IMG/VR virus record: IMGVR_UViG_3300028416_000485 | Reading direction: 5' to 3' (one strand) | DNA: 64,000 nucleotides | DNA from: a virus | Shown: positions 29,201-38,700 of the stretch, one piece after another | How the letters are laid out: each line of letters opens with the position of its first letter | How positions within the stretch are numbered: position 1 is the stretch's first letter | Position numbers and translations under genes: made by a program | Notes under the pieces: model-generated | Database searches by the model: none | Seen by the model: the letters and a program-made list of their open reading frames with translations, nothing else | What the model was told of the DNA's origin: nothing

Positions 29201-32200
29201 CTGAACCAGGTCCAGCAGCTGATGCACTTATAAATGCGCACTCGCAGTTTGTTGCAAACAAAGCCTTTTTAACAGGCGAAGTTATTGCATATATTAATGA
29301 TAACAACTTTGTATACGACCAAGCCAAGTGTGAAAGAGATACAGGACTGATTATCTCAGGTGCTGGATACGATGCACTACTTGGAACAAACTATAATAGT
29401 GTAACCAACGGACTAGCATATTTAAGAGTAAATGCCGGAGCAGTGTTATCTGATCAGTTAACTGAAACACTAGCAGCGATTAACTTTGCAAAAGGACAAT
29501 CAACTACAGCAACAGCTAGTGATGCAACAACACAAACAGCAGTTGGCGCAGCGTTTGACGAAGTAGTAGACATTGTTACAAATGGTATTGGCTTTGCAGA
29601 TACACTAACATGGACAAACCCAACTGGTGCAACTACCGGCCAGATTAATGCAAAAGATCAAATGGTTGCTAACCGTGCGTTTTTACAAAAAGAAGCAGCA
29701 ACATTTATTACAAATAACTACAAAGACTTTACATACAATCAAGAAAAGTGTGAAAGAGATATTGGCCTAATAATGGATGCCGTTGCACTTGATGTTGCAC
29801 TTGGAACAAACTATAATAGTGTAACAGCAGGACTTGCATATCAGAGAGCTAGTAGTGCAGATTTACAAGACGATCAGTTGATACAAACGTCTGGAGCACT
29901 AAGAGAACTTAAAAAAGAAATAGTAAAACTTGGACTAAGTGACACAGCAGAACCAAAAGCTGAAGCAGCAATGGACGAGATTATTGATATTCTTGAAAAC
30001 GGAAACATCAGTACAGACGATGCAGCAGACACATTAGTATTTCCAACTCCTGGCTTATTGCCTTCAACAAATGCTGTTGAAGCAAAAGATCAGTTGATTG
30101 CTAACAAAGCATACATACAAGAAGAAATAATACAGTGGATCACTGTTAACTATCCTGCATTAAGTTACGATGCAGTTAAATGTAGAAGAGATGTTGGATA
30201 TATTGTTGATGCATTATGTCACGATATCTTATACGGCGGCAATAGCGCAACTCAACAAGCAGCACAATCGTATTTTGTTGGTGCTGTTGCACAACTAGGT
30301 GCGGGACAAGTAGCAGCTACAGCAGCAGCATACAATAGACTAGGTCAAGTAGTTAGTGATATTGTTATTGAAGCAGTTGTTGAAAATAGTGCAGGCAACG
30401 TTTTAGTACAAGATACTAGCGGAACTCCGGCAAGTTCAACAGAAGCAGATGATGTATCAGGTCTAGTACAGATTATCGAAGATGTTATTACAGCAGGAAA
30501 TATTGCCGGACTACCATCTGTGCAACTACCATCTGTTAGCTGGTCAACTAGTGTGTTACAACAAGCATACAGTACTATCAAAGGCAACAAAGATGATGTA
30601 AAAGAAACTGTGATTATTTGGATTGCAAACAACTTCCAAAGTTTTACTTACGACGAAGCAAAGTGTGCTAGAGATGTAGGTATTATGATAGAAGCTGTGT
30701 GTTATGATGCAGCAATAGGAACTAACTTCAATCAAGTAACATCAGGACTTGCATATCAAAGAGCAAATGCTGCGGTAGCTGTTGGTTCACAACTATTACA
30801 AACAGTTAAGTCTATTGAATATCTAAGAGATACTATTAATACTGATGAAATACAGCTATCAGGAACATTTAGAAGTCGTGTACTTGCAGGATTTAATGAA
30901 ATATTAGACATTATTAACAACGGTGTTGTAAGTACAGATACATCAGCAGATACGCTAACATTCCCAGATAGCGGCCTAAATGCTAACTATCCACTAGCAG
31001 TAACTCAGCTACAAGCAAACAGAGATTTCCTAGCAAAAGAGACTAGTGCATATGTTACTAATAACTATCCATTACTAACATTTGATGCAGCAAAATGTGA
31101 AAGAGACACCAAATATATCATTGATGCTGTTTGTTATGATATTATATATCGCGGTAACTTAGCATCTAAAAATGCAGCAGAAAGTTATTTTGTTGGAGCA
31201 GTTTCTCAACTTGGTGCTGGACAACAAGCAGCTACAGTTGCAGCATTTAATGAACTAGCAAATGTAGCATCTGATGTTATTCAAAATATTACACACGGAA
31301 CTGCAGAACAATCAGGTGTAACACAAGATACATCTAATCCAGGTTCTGATGCTGGTACAGCAGGCGAAGCACAAAACCTGTTGCAAATAGTAGAAGATGT
31401 TGTTAATAACAACAATATAGATTCTATTCCAGCAGATATTCTTACAGACATTACTTGGACAGCAGCAGAATTACAAACAGATTTTGCAGACTTGAATAGT
31501 ACTACGAAAGTAGATTTTTACAAAGCAGATGTTATTGATTATATCAATAAAACATTTACAAGAAGTTTTACATTCAATAGTGCAAAGTGTGAAAGAGATA
31601 CAGGTTATATTGTTGATGCTCTTACATACGATATTTTATATGGCGGCAATGCTGCAACATATCAAGCAGCACAAGCATATTATGTTGGCTATGTAAGTCA
31701 AGTTGTAGGACAACAGCCTGAAACAGCAGCAGCATTAGGATGGGTAGATACACTACTTGGTAGTATATTACTCGATACATTATATGATGATCCAGAACAA
31801 ACAGGCGTAGTACAAGATACAACTGCTGGCGCTGCAACTGCAACTGAAGTAGCTAGAGCAACAGAACTATTAACAGTATTCCAAAACGTTATCACTGACG
31901 GTGTTGATAATCTTCCAGCTGTATCTTATCCAGATACATCATGGGCAACTGCCGGCGCACAAACTGCTATTGCAAGTTTAGAAGCAGCAAAAGCAACTAT
32001 TGTTGCTGATACAATAACAGAACTTGAAGATAACTACAATGCATTTTCTTATAACGAAGCAAGTTGTAGAAATGACACAGGTCTTATTATTGATGCTGTA
32101 GCATACGATTTACTATACACAGGCAATATACAAACAATCATTGCTACTAATGCATACTTCTTAGGAGCAGTAGCATATATTCCTGAAAGTCAAAGAGCAA

Positions 32201-35200
32201 ACACAGTTGCAGCATATACACATTTACAAGACGTTGCTTTAAAATGTATCGAAGGTATTGGTGTAACACCAACTACTGGAAACACAGAATCGCAAGTATT
32301 AGGCGGAGCATATGGCACAAGTATAGAAAGTTCAACAGCAGTTGGATTAATAGGTATTATCAAAAGTGCTGTTGAAAATAATACACTAGTTGGTGTTCCA
32401 GGAGAAGTTAATCCAGACTTTAGTTGGTTGCCTCAAACAACAAGATCAGCAGCTAATGCATTACTTGCAAACAAGTTGATTATACAAAACGGTGTTATCA
32501 CATATATCCAAGATAATATACTAGGATTTGAATACGGTATTGAAGTTTGTGAAAGAGATACCGGCTATGTTATTGATGCTGTACTATACGATTTGATGTA
32601 CGGTGGTAACAAGCAATCTCGCAGAGCAGCCGAAGCATACTACAGTGGCACTATATTAGGTGCAGCAAAAGTAGGCAATGTTGACCAAACATTAGTTAGT
32701 GCATATAGTTATTATAAGCTAGGCGACATAATGCGTCAAGTTGCAAATAACGAAGTTGTTGCTAAAAGTTTTGGAAATGCAAAAACACAGATTTTAACTA
32801 TTCCAGATGCAGATGCAGCAATTGGACAACGTGCTGAACTTTTAGTTGATAGACTTGCTTTATCGATTATACAAGGATACACTACAGGCTGGCACGAAGT
32901 TGGACACAATCACGAACTTGGTAGTAGTGTTTACAACACTGAAAGAAATATCATCGTTGGAGCAACTGAAGATATTGTAGAAACTGCTATTAACGATCTA
33001 AATGCAACATACGGTGGTAGTGCAGAAATCACAGTGTTCCCAGGTATCGTTAGTGTTGAAACAACACAGCAAGCATACTTGTACAATGTTAGTACTATTT
33101 CAACTTCAGGTCATGCGTTTGAATATGTAGGTGCTGGCGTAACTTATAACGCACTTCCGTTCTTTGGTGGTACAGCAATACCTGAACAAGAGATTATCGA
33201 AACAAGCAACGGTAAAGTATTTGCTGGTGGTACAGTTGACCAAATCGGTAACTTTAGAGTTGGTAACTTCTTTGGTGTTAACGCACTTACAGGTAGTATC
33301 ACACTTAATGCTAACGAAATCGACTTAAAAGGATTAACCAGTGTTGGTCCGTTTATTAGAGATGGTATTCCGGTTGGTGTAGAACTTAAAGAAGTTAGTG
33401 ACAATGCAAACTTAGTTTCAAGTATTGGTACACAAGACTTTAATACAGCGCCTACACAAAAAGCTGTTAGTACATATGTTGAAAACAGATACTTAAACAA
33501 ACTAACAGGCGGCACTGTTGAAGGCGATATTACACTCAACGGCGACTTTGATGTTAACGGTGATGTGATTAGTACAGATACATCTGGTGCGTTCAACTTG
33601 TTAAACACAAGTGCTACAACTATTAACGCATTTGGCGATGCAACATCGATTATTATGGGTGCAGCAGACGGTACATTTACAGTTAATCCAGACTTGTTAG
33701 TGCAAGGTAGCTTAACAGTTAACGGTGATATTGTATTCACAGGTGATGTTAGTTTAAACATTCCTGATGAAAGTTTACAAGCATACAGTATTAGTACAGA
33801 AGGTTCGTTGGACTTTATTAGTATTAACACACGTACAGACGAAGAACTTATTACATTTGGCATCCGTCCAGGATTACTTGTTGAAAATACAACAGAGTCG
33901 ACTAGCACAACTACAGGTTCGGTTGTTATTGACGGTGGTGTTGGTATTGCTAAAAGTTTAACTGTCGGTGTTGATTTTACCGCAGACGGAAGTATTGTAT
34001 TAGGCAGTGATAGAGCAGTTGATACTATTGATATCAATGGTGCAACTGATATTGACTTGCCAGACAATAACACTAACGTACTAAGAATACACGAAAATGT
34101 TAGCGACTATATTATAATAGATACAGTTGACGGATCAGAAGTAGTTGAGTTTGGAACAACTCCAAATATTATTATACTAAACAACGATGATGCTACTGAC
34201 AATGTTACTGGTGCAGTACAAATCACAGGTGGTCTTAGTACACAACGTAATATACACGCTGGTGTTGATATTACTGCTGATAGAGATATTATTGCAGATA
34301 GAGATATACAAATCAATGGTACCAATATTATTACAGACGAAACTGGTACCTTTAATGTATTCAATACTAATGCTACACGCATAGATGCATTTGGCGATGC
34401 TACAACTATTAACATAGGTGCAACAACAGGCACACTTACTATCAACAATGAGATAGTTGTTATTGATAGTGTTACAAGTTTGCAAATACCAGTTGGTACA
34501 TCAGCACAACGACCAGCGTTTGCAACTGGTCAGGTTAGATTCAACACAGATACGCTAGTATTTGAAGGTTATGACGGTATTGCATGGGGTTCATTAGGCG
34601 GCGTAAAAGATGTTGATCAAAATACATTTATACGTCCTGAAACATCACCTGGTGCTAACAATGACGAGCTTGAGTTCTTTACAAACGGAAGTCAACGTGC
34701 TATTATTGGTAACTCATACTTTAATGTTGACAGTAGTGTAATATCAACATTCAACAATACAACTCCAAGTCAAACTTATCAAAGTGGAGCAGTTGTAGTT
34801 GCTGGCGGTGTTGGCATAGGTGAAGAACTACATGTACAAAAATACATTGGCGGTAATAACAATGGTGTACTACAACTTACATCACTTGCTACAGACACAG
34901 TTGATATTAGAGCAAATACAGTACTTGCACAAGATGGACTAAAACTTATAACCAATGCACCTGATAGTGCAGCAGATGATATTGTATATCCAATGACATT
35001 TGCACATCACAGTATAAGTGGTACTCCAGTAGCAGGAAGCGGCACAGGTGTTAAGTTTGAACTTGAAACAGCAAATGATAACTTTGAAACATCGGGTCAG
35101 ATTGATGTTATAGCACAAGATATTACTGGACTACAAGAAGACTTTGATATGGTCTTTAGTACAATGATTGGTGGCACAGCAGGTGTTGAAAAACTACGTT

Positions 35201-35613
35201 TAAGTGAAGATATATCAACCTTTACAACAGACTTAGCAATCAACAACGATGCATTAACAACAAATCAAGCAACGTTTAACTTGTTAAATGATACTGCTAC
35301 AACTATCAACTTTGGTGGAGCAGCAACAACTATTAGCATTGGTGATGCTACAGGAACACTTACTGTAAATCACAACTTCCATGTAACTGGAACAGTAAGT
35401 TTAACTAATGATTTAGCAGTTGCACACGGTGGTACAGGTGTAAGTACGTTTACAACAGACGGCATACTTTACGGTAATGCAGCTACTGATGTTCAAGTAA
35501 CTGACGCAGCCGGAACAAGTGACGCAAGTAACAGTTTCCAAATACTTACTGTAACAAGTGATGCTGATGCAACACCAGTTTGGACTGATACCATAGACGG
35601 TGGCGCATTTTAA
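26212..35613 (+). CDS. Giant virion fibre/appendage protein (3133 aa) with beta-helix N-domain and 12 phycobiliprotein-like helical repeats
   Basis: YYVT.DGSDTNDG.S...FASIKRA...VAPGDY.ENNP beta-helix start; CxRD repeats; C-terminal Thr/Gly beta-repeats; ends IDGGAF. Confidence 0.85.
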   Translation: MSYIKRQSIHSRKIGDKTFILTSDGDMEMNLDDGKEFRVNANMITTGDVTGPKVTNVYYVTEDGSDTNDGRSADKNGAFASIKRASEVAPIGSTIIVAPGDYYENNPITLRDFVTVSGQGELRNTRVFPKNPTSDFFLMGNACYLYQITFRGLRAPGWCTRIRPGALVTTSPYVQNCTNMNGPWLNDGTEFVPFETVQIEGITPGAKPILLADNPNVPVEKQINPEGGGGGLLVDGDDYDPASLVFSFVADAFTQISQGGIGFHVTNFGYTQIVSCFSVFCSTGFMTTKGGYLSISNSVSDFGTNGVVADGYYPVAYTTATADQNYYSTVGSVTLSFAGTGYTSVPTIQFSAPEGAGGTVAQATAQVDLTTGELAAVSITDNGSGYRSVPDITFTGGGATIQATGTVNLRTNASIAISSLRDKPQTGSVIKFDGDDIFYYITSNDITTQPFVYNQETCERDVRRIIDALTSDIVMGTYYQTTTAAQSYLRATSTKVLLDQLAPTIYALEATRDEMKALTSNLAMKEELDQRFNIVTSTLAAGDSTGIPFVGDQLGDTFNDLSSIDGEIIEAKDNILVNRDFIIAELTAYINDQFTELSYNQAWYDEDMTVFLTALSSYIATGGDHVIVRQAKEFRSRTRFKNLYVSSFAYLRSLVLGYTEVNTDPTSVTRVNEAFDIIINVVDDGDSTGIVPAYPASVGVTQNGIDSKDHLQANKDFIVAEFIAYLDTLDSTLTYTASEWEAYVENFVDALSYDILYGGNNATVQETTWFFKSVTWSKFTTTNLTAFEDAFARVRFIVQRVIRGLSVAKTSGNAETQDFTSGDATQIEATLLDGLVQIVENVINAQTITGLPTKSYPNIEEEPAGQVNAANKLLSVIATILEDTIDYNLINNPTLTYNEEKCKRDVGYMVDAVYRDAQLGTNQNSITAGLSYNRANVAYLNGEQKPATIIALREAKRLAVLAASGEAAFQDKVSDLFDNIFDIIEFNQLPSEGREYPEPGPAADALINAHSQFVANKAFLTGEVIAYINDNNFVYDQAKCERDTGLIISGAGYDALLGTNYNSVTNGLAYLRVNAGAVLSDQLTETLAAINFAKGQSTTATASDATTQTAVGAAFDEVVDIVTNGIGFADTLTWTNPTGATTGQINAKDQMVANRAFLQKEAATFITNNYKDFTYNQEKCERDIGLIMDAVALDVALGTNYNSVTAGLAYQRASSADLQDDQLIQTSGALRELKKEIVKLGLSDTAEPKAEAAMDEIIDILENGNISTDDAADTLVFPTPGLLPSTNAVEAKDQLIANKAYIQEEIIQWITVNYPALSYDAVKCRRDVGYIVDALCHDILYGGNSATQQAAQSYFVGAVAQLGAGQVAATAAAYNRLGQVVSDIVIEAVVENSAGNVLVQDTSGTPASSTEADDVSGLVQIIEDVITAGNIAGLPSVQLPSVSWSTSVLQQAYSTIKGNKDDVKETVIIWIANNFQSFTYDEAKCARDVGIMIEAVCYDAAIGTNFNQVTSGLAYQRANAAVAVGSQLLQTVKSIEYLRDTINTDEIQLSGTFRSRVLAGFNEILDIINNGVVSTDTSADTLTFPDSGLNANYPLAVTQLQANRDFLAKETSAYVTNNYPLLTFDAAKCERDTKYIIDAVCYDIIYRGNLASKNAAESYFVGAVSQLGAGQQAATVAAFNELANVASDVIQNITHGTAEQSGVTQDTSNPGSDAGTAGEAQNLLQIVEDVVNNNNIDSIPADILTDITWTAAELQTDFADLNSTTKVDFYKADVIDYINKTFTRSFTFNSAKCERDTGYIVDALTYDILYGGNAATYQAAQAYYVGYVSQVVGQQPETAAALGWVDTLLGSILLDTLYDDPEQTGVVQDTTAGAATATEVARATELLTVFQNVITDGVDNLPAVSYPDTSWATAGAQTAIASLEAAKATIVADTITELEDNYNAFSYNEASCRNDTGLIIDAVAYDLLYTGNIQTIIATNAYFLGAVAYIPESQRANTVAAYTHLQDVALKCIEGIGVTPTTGNTESQVLGGAYGTSIESSTAVGLIGIIKSAVENNTLVGVPGEVNPDFSWLPQTTRSAANALLANKLIIQNGVITYIQDNILGFEYGIEVCERDTGYVIDAVLYDLMYGGNKQSRRAAEAYYSGTILGAAKVGNVDQTLVSAYSYYKLGDIMRQVANNEVVAKSFGNAKTQILTIPDADAAIGQRAELLVDRLALSIIQGYTTGWHEVGHNHELGSSVYNTERNIIVGATEDIVETAINDLNATYGGSAEITVFPGIVSVETTQQAYLYNVSTISTSGHAFEYVGAGVTYNALPFFGGTAIPEQEIIETSNGKVFAGGTVDQIGNFRVGNFFGVNALTGSITLNANEIDLKGLTSVGPFIRDGIPVGVELKEVSDNANLVSSIGTQDFNTAPTQKAVSTYVENRYLNKLTGGTVEGDITLNGDFDVNGDVISTDTSGAFNLLNTSATTINAFGDATSIIMGAADGTFTVNPDLLVQGSLTVNGDIVFTGDVSLNIPDESLQAYSISTEGSLDFISINTRTDEELITFGIRPGLLVENTTESTSTTTGSVVIDGGVGIAKSLTVGVDFTADGSIVLGSDRAVDTIDINGATDIDLPDNNTNVLRIHENVSDYIIIDTVDGSEVVEFGTTPNIIILNNDDATDNVTGAVQITGGLSTQRNIHAGVDITADRDIIADRDIQINGTNIITDETGTFNVFNTNATRIDAFGDATTINIGATTGTLTINNEIVVIDSVTSLQIPVGTSAQRPAFATGQVRFNTDTLVFEGYDGIAWGSLGGVKDVDQNTFIRPETSPGANNDELEFFTNGSQRAIIGNSYFNVDSSVISTFNNTTPSQTYQSGAVVVAGGVGIGEELHVQKYIGGNNNGVLQLTSLATDTVDIRANTVLAQDGLKLITNAPDSAADDIVYPMTFAHHSISGTPVAGSGTGVKFELETANDNFETSGQIDVIAQDITGLQEDFDMVFSTMIGGTAGVEKLRLSEDISTFTTDLAINNDALTTNQATFNLLNDTATTINFGGAATTISIGDATGTLTVNHNFHVTGTVSLTNDLAVAHGGTGVSTFTTDGILYGNAATDVQVTDAAGTSDASNSFQILTVTSDADATPVWTDTIDGGAF
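27568..33000 (+). repeat. Tandem protein repeats (12 x ~136-164 aa), core Y-x3-K-C-x-R-D-x3-I-x-D-A-x2-Y-D-x3-G-(G/T)-N
   Basis: Cys-position codons at 27583, 28021(Y), 28429(W), 28915, 29329, 29749, 30181, 30664, 31096, 31588, 32065, 32548. Confidence 0.9.
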
Positions 35614-35640
35614 ACTTACTGAATAAAGTAAAATAATAAT

Positions 35641-35667
35641 AAAAAGGGCTCTACAGGCCCTTTTTTT
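35641..35667 (+). terminator. Rho-independent terminator (possibly bidirectional)
   Basis: A5-GGGCT-ctaca-GGCCC-T7. Confidence 0.75.
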
Positions 35668-35695
35668 ACGAATACAGTAACCATTTTTTAAACTT

Positions 35696-35703
35696 GATAA
35701 ATA
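35696..35703 (+). promoter_or_regulatory. Late promoter GATAAATA
   Basis: TAAATA core ~75 nt upstream of the fibre ATG. Confidence 0.55.
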
Positions 35704-35779
35704 ACTGAGTAGCAATTTTTATTGTTTTACATCGGGCATCTTCGGATCTGACCCATACCTAAATAGGAGGCAGTTGCAC

Positions 35780-38700
35780 ATGGCAACAACAATTAGACAC
35801 AAGCGAAGTGCGGTCGCTGGTAAGAAACCAACTATAGCACAACTTCAAAGTGGTGAACTAGCATTAAACACAGCAGACGGTAAAGTATATTTACTACGTG
35901 ATGATAACACGGTTCAGGATATTACTAAACGTATCTTTGAAGGCAACTCAGAAATTAAGATTGACGATTTAGCTGATAGTACAGAAGCAGCAATCACAAT
36001 GACAGTTAATGATGTTGATAAGATGACTATTACAAATGCCGGATTTAATATTAAAGATAATATTGATATTGAAGACGCCGGCAAGTTAACATTTAGAGAA
36101 CTTACTGCTTCTGGTGAAGATGGTGTTAGTATTAAAGCACCAAATACATTAGATGCTGGCTACCAACTAACCTTGCCTCCAAACTCGGGTTCAATTGGTC
36201 AGCTAATGTCTGTTGATGCTAACGGAAACTTGAGTTTTAGTGATGCTGATATTTTTGGTGGTAATGTTATTTACGTGTCTCAAGAACAAGGCGATGATGA
36301 AAACGACGGACAAAGTGCTCCGGTTAAAACTATTAAACGTGCTTGTCAACTAGCCTCTGCACAAGTATATAATGCAGACAGTACTATTAACTTTAAACGT
36401 ATTAACATCAAAGTTGCTGTTGGTGACTATACAGAAGACAATCCAGTTATTGTTCCTGATAACACAGTTATCAAAGGTGACGGTTTACGTGGTTGTATTA
36501 TTCGTCCTGCTAATGCTAACTTGGACATGCTACGAGTTCGTAACGCTTGTTACTTTGGTGAATTTACATTCCGTGACGGTGTTGACTCAAACTTTGTTCC
36601 ACTTATTACAGCTGACTACGCTGTTGCATTCGATGATCCAGATGCTACTGATATTCCAGATCGTGCAGACTATCCAAACTTGCCGAGCACAAAACCAACT
36701 ATTACAACATCACCGTATATTCAGAACGCTAGTATTATTTCGTTCTTAGGCATGAACGGCGCTAAGATTGACGGTAGTAAAGTTGAATCTCCAAACGTAC
36801 CATTTAATCAAATTGAAGCAGAGAATCCGGTTGTTGGAGCCATACCTGAACAAGGTAAATCAATGGTTGCTAACGCCTTTACTATTCTATCATTTGGTGG
36901 TACAGCGTGGCGACTAACCAACGATGCTTATGCACAGATCGTGTCTTGTTTTGAAATCTTCCTGCTCAACGGTGTTTATACACAGTCAGGTGGTTATTGT
37001 TCCATTACTAACTCCGCGACAAACTTTGGTTTGTATGCGTTGAGATCAAGTGGTTACTCACCTAAAGCGTTCCAGTTTGACAGAGCATTTGTAACAGCAA
37101 CAGGTCAAAGTGAAGGTAAGCAAACTATTACTATTGCTGGTATTAATCGTGATACACCAGTTGAAGAATTTGTATTACGTTTTAGAGAACCAGATTATAA
37201 AACAGCACATGATTTATTAAAACTCAATAAAGATATTATTGCTAATGATGTAGTCACTTGGATTAATGCACAAATTGCAGCAGCTTCTCCAAGTATATGG
37301 GCAGGGTTTACATATAACGAAGATAAGTGTAGACGAGATGTTCAAAGATTGATCGATGCTGTAAGATACGATTTCTTGTTTAACAGTAATCACAGAAGTG
37401 TTAGTGCAGCATTAAGATATTTTAGTGGATCATTTGCTGGCAATGTATTTGCTGCACAAAAAGATCAACATATTGCAGCATTTGGCCAAGCTAAAGCATT
37501 TACAGCAAATGCCCTTCCGGATCCAACTGCAACTAGCAGAGCAAATGCACTTTGGGACGAAATTATTGATATCGTAACTAATGGAGATGCAAATACTGTT
37601 CCGGGTGATAGTGTTGCAGCAGCATATTCACGCCCTCTACCAACTGGCGGCACAAATAACGCTAGTGATGCAGGATTTGAAAATGCAGTATTACAAATAA
37701 ATGCAAACAAGACATTTTTACAAAAAGAACTTACTGCTTGGTTAAACGCAGAGATTGCTGCTGCAAACCCACCGTTTGAATCAGGATTTGTTTATAATGA
37801 AGCCAAGTGTGAAAGAGACACAGGACTTATTATTGACGCACTTTCTTATGATTTAACATACGGCGGCAACTTACAAACATTGGTTGCATCACTAGCATAC
37901 TTTATAGACGGAGTAGCACAGTACGGCACAGGACAACAAGAAGAAACTGTTGCAGCCTATGGTAGATTAAAAGAAGCAATACAACAAGTTATACAAGAAC
38001 AATCAGTTACTGTAACTGCAGGTAACACTGAAACACAAGATGTATCAGGAACAGCTGGTAGTGAAGCTGCTGCCGACTATGCCGCAGATAGAATTGATGA
38101 AATTATTGATTATCTAAATAGTGCAGGCGCCACACCGCCAGCAAGAATTGAACCAGACATAACATGGACTACAGCAACATTACAAGATAACTTCAACGGC
38201 TTAGGAACTGTTACTCAGATTAACATTGCACAAAATGTTACACAGTTTATAAACGAACAAATACAAGCAAATATTTGGTATGGATTTACATATGATTCTG
38301 CTAAGTGTAATAGAGACACACAACTTATTGTTGAAGCAGTGGCACAAGATACTTGGGATACTGGTAACAGGTATTCACGTAGTGCTGGTCTTGCATATTA
38401 CACTGCTAACTTACAAGACTCTTCTCGTATTAGTATTAGTGGCCAAGAACTACAGACTATTGCTGCTATTGAGCAAGCAAAAGTTGAAGCATTAAGTTAT
38501 ATTACTAGTGTTAGTTCAGCCGTACAAGATTTTGCAAGTTCACGTTTTGATATTGTAAATACGATCATAAATGATCCAAATGATTTACCAAATCCAACAG
38601 AAGTAAGCAGTGAAGGTGACGTTACAAACGACTTTAAAACTACTCCTACTGAAACTACTTTTGATGCTGCTACAGCAGTTAATGCTGAAGTTGATATTAT

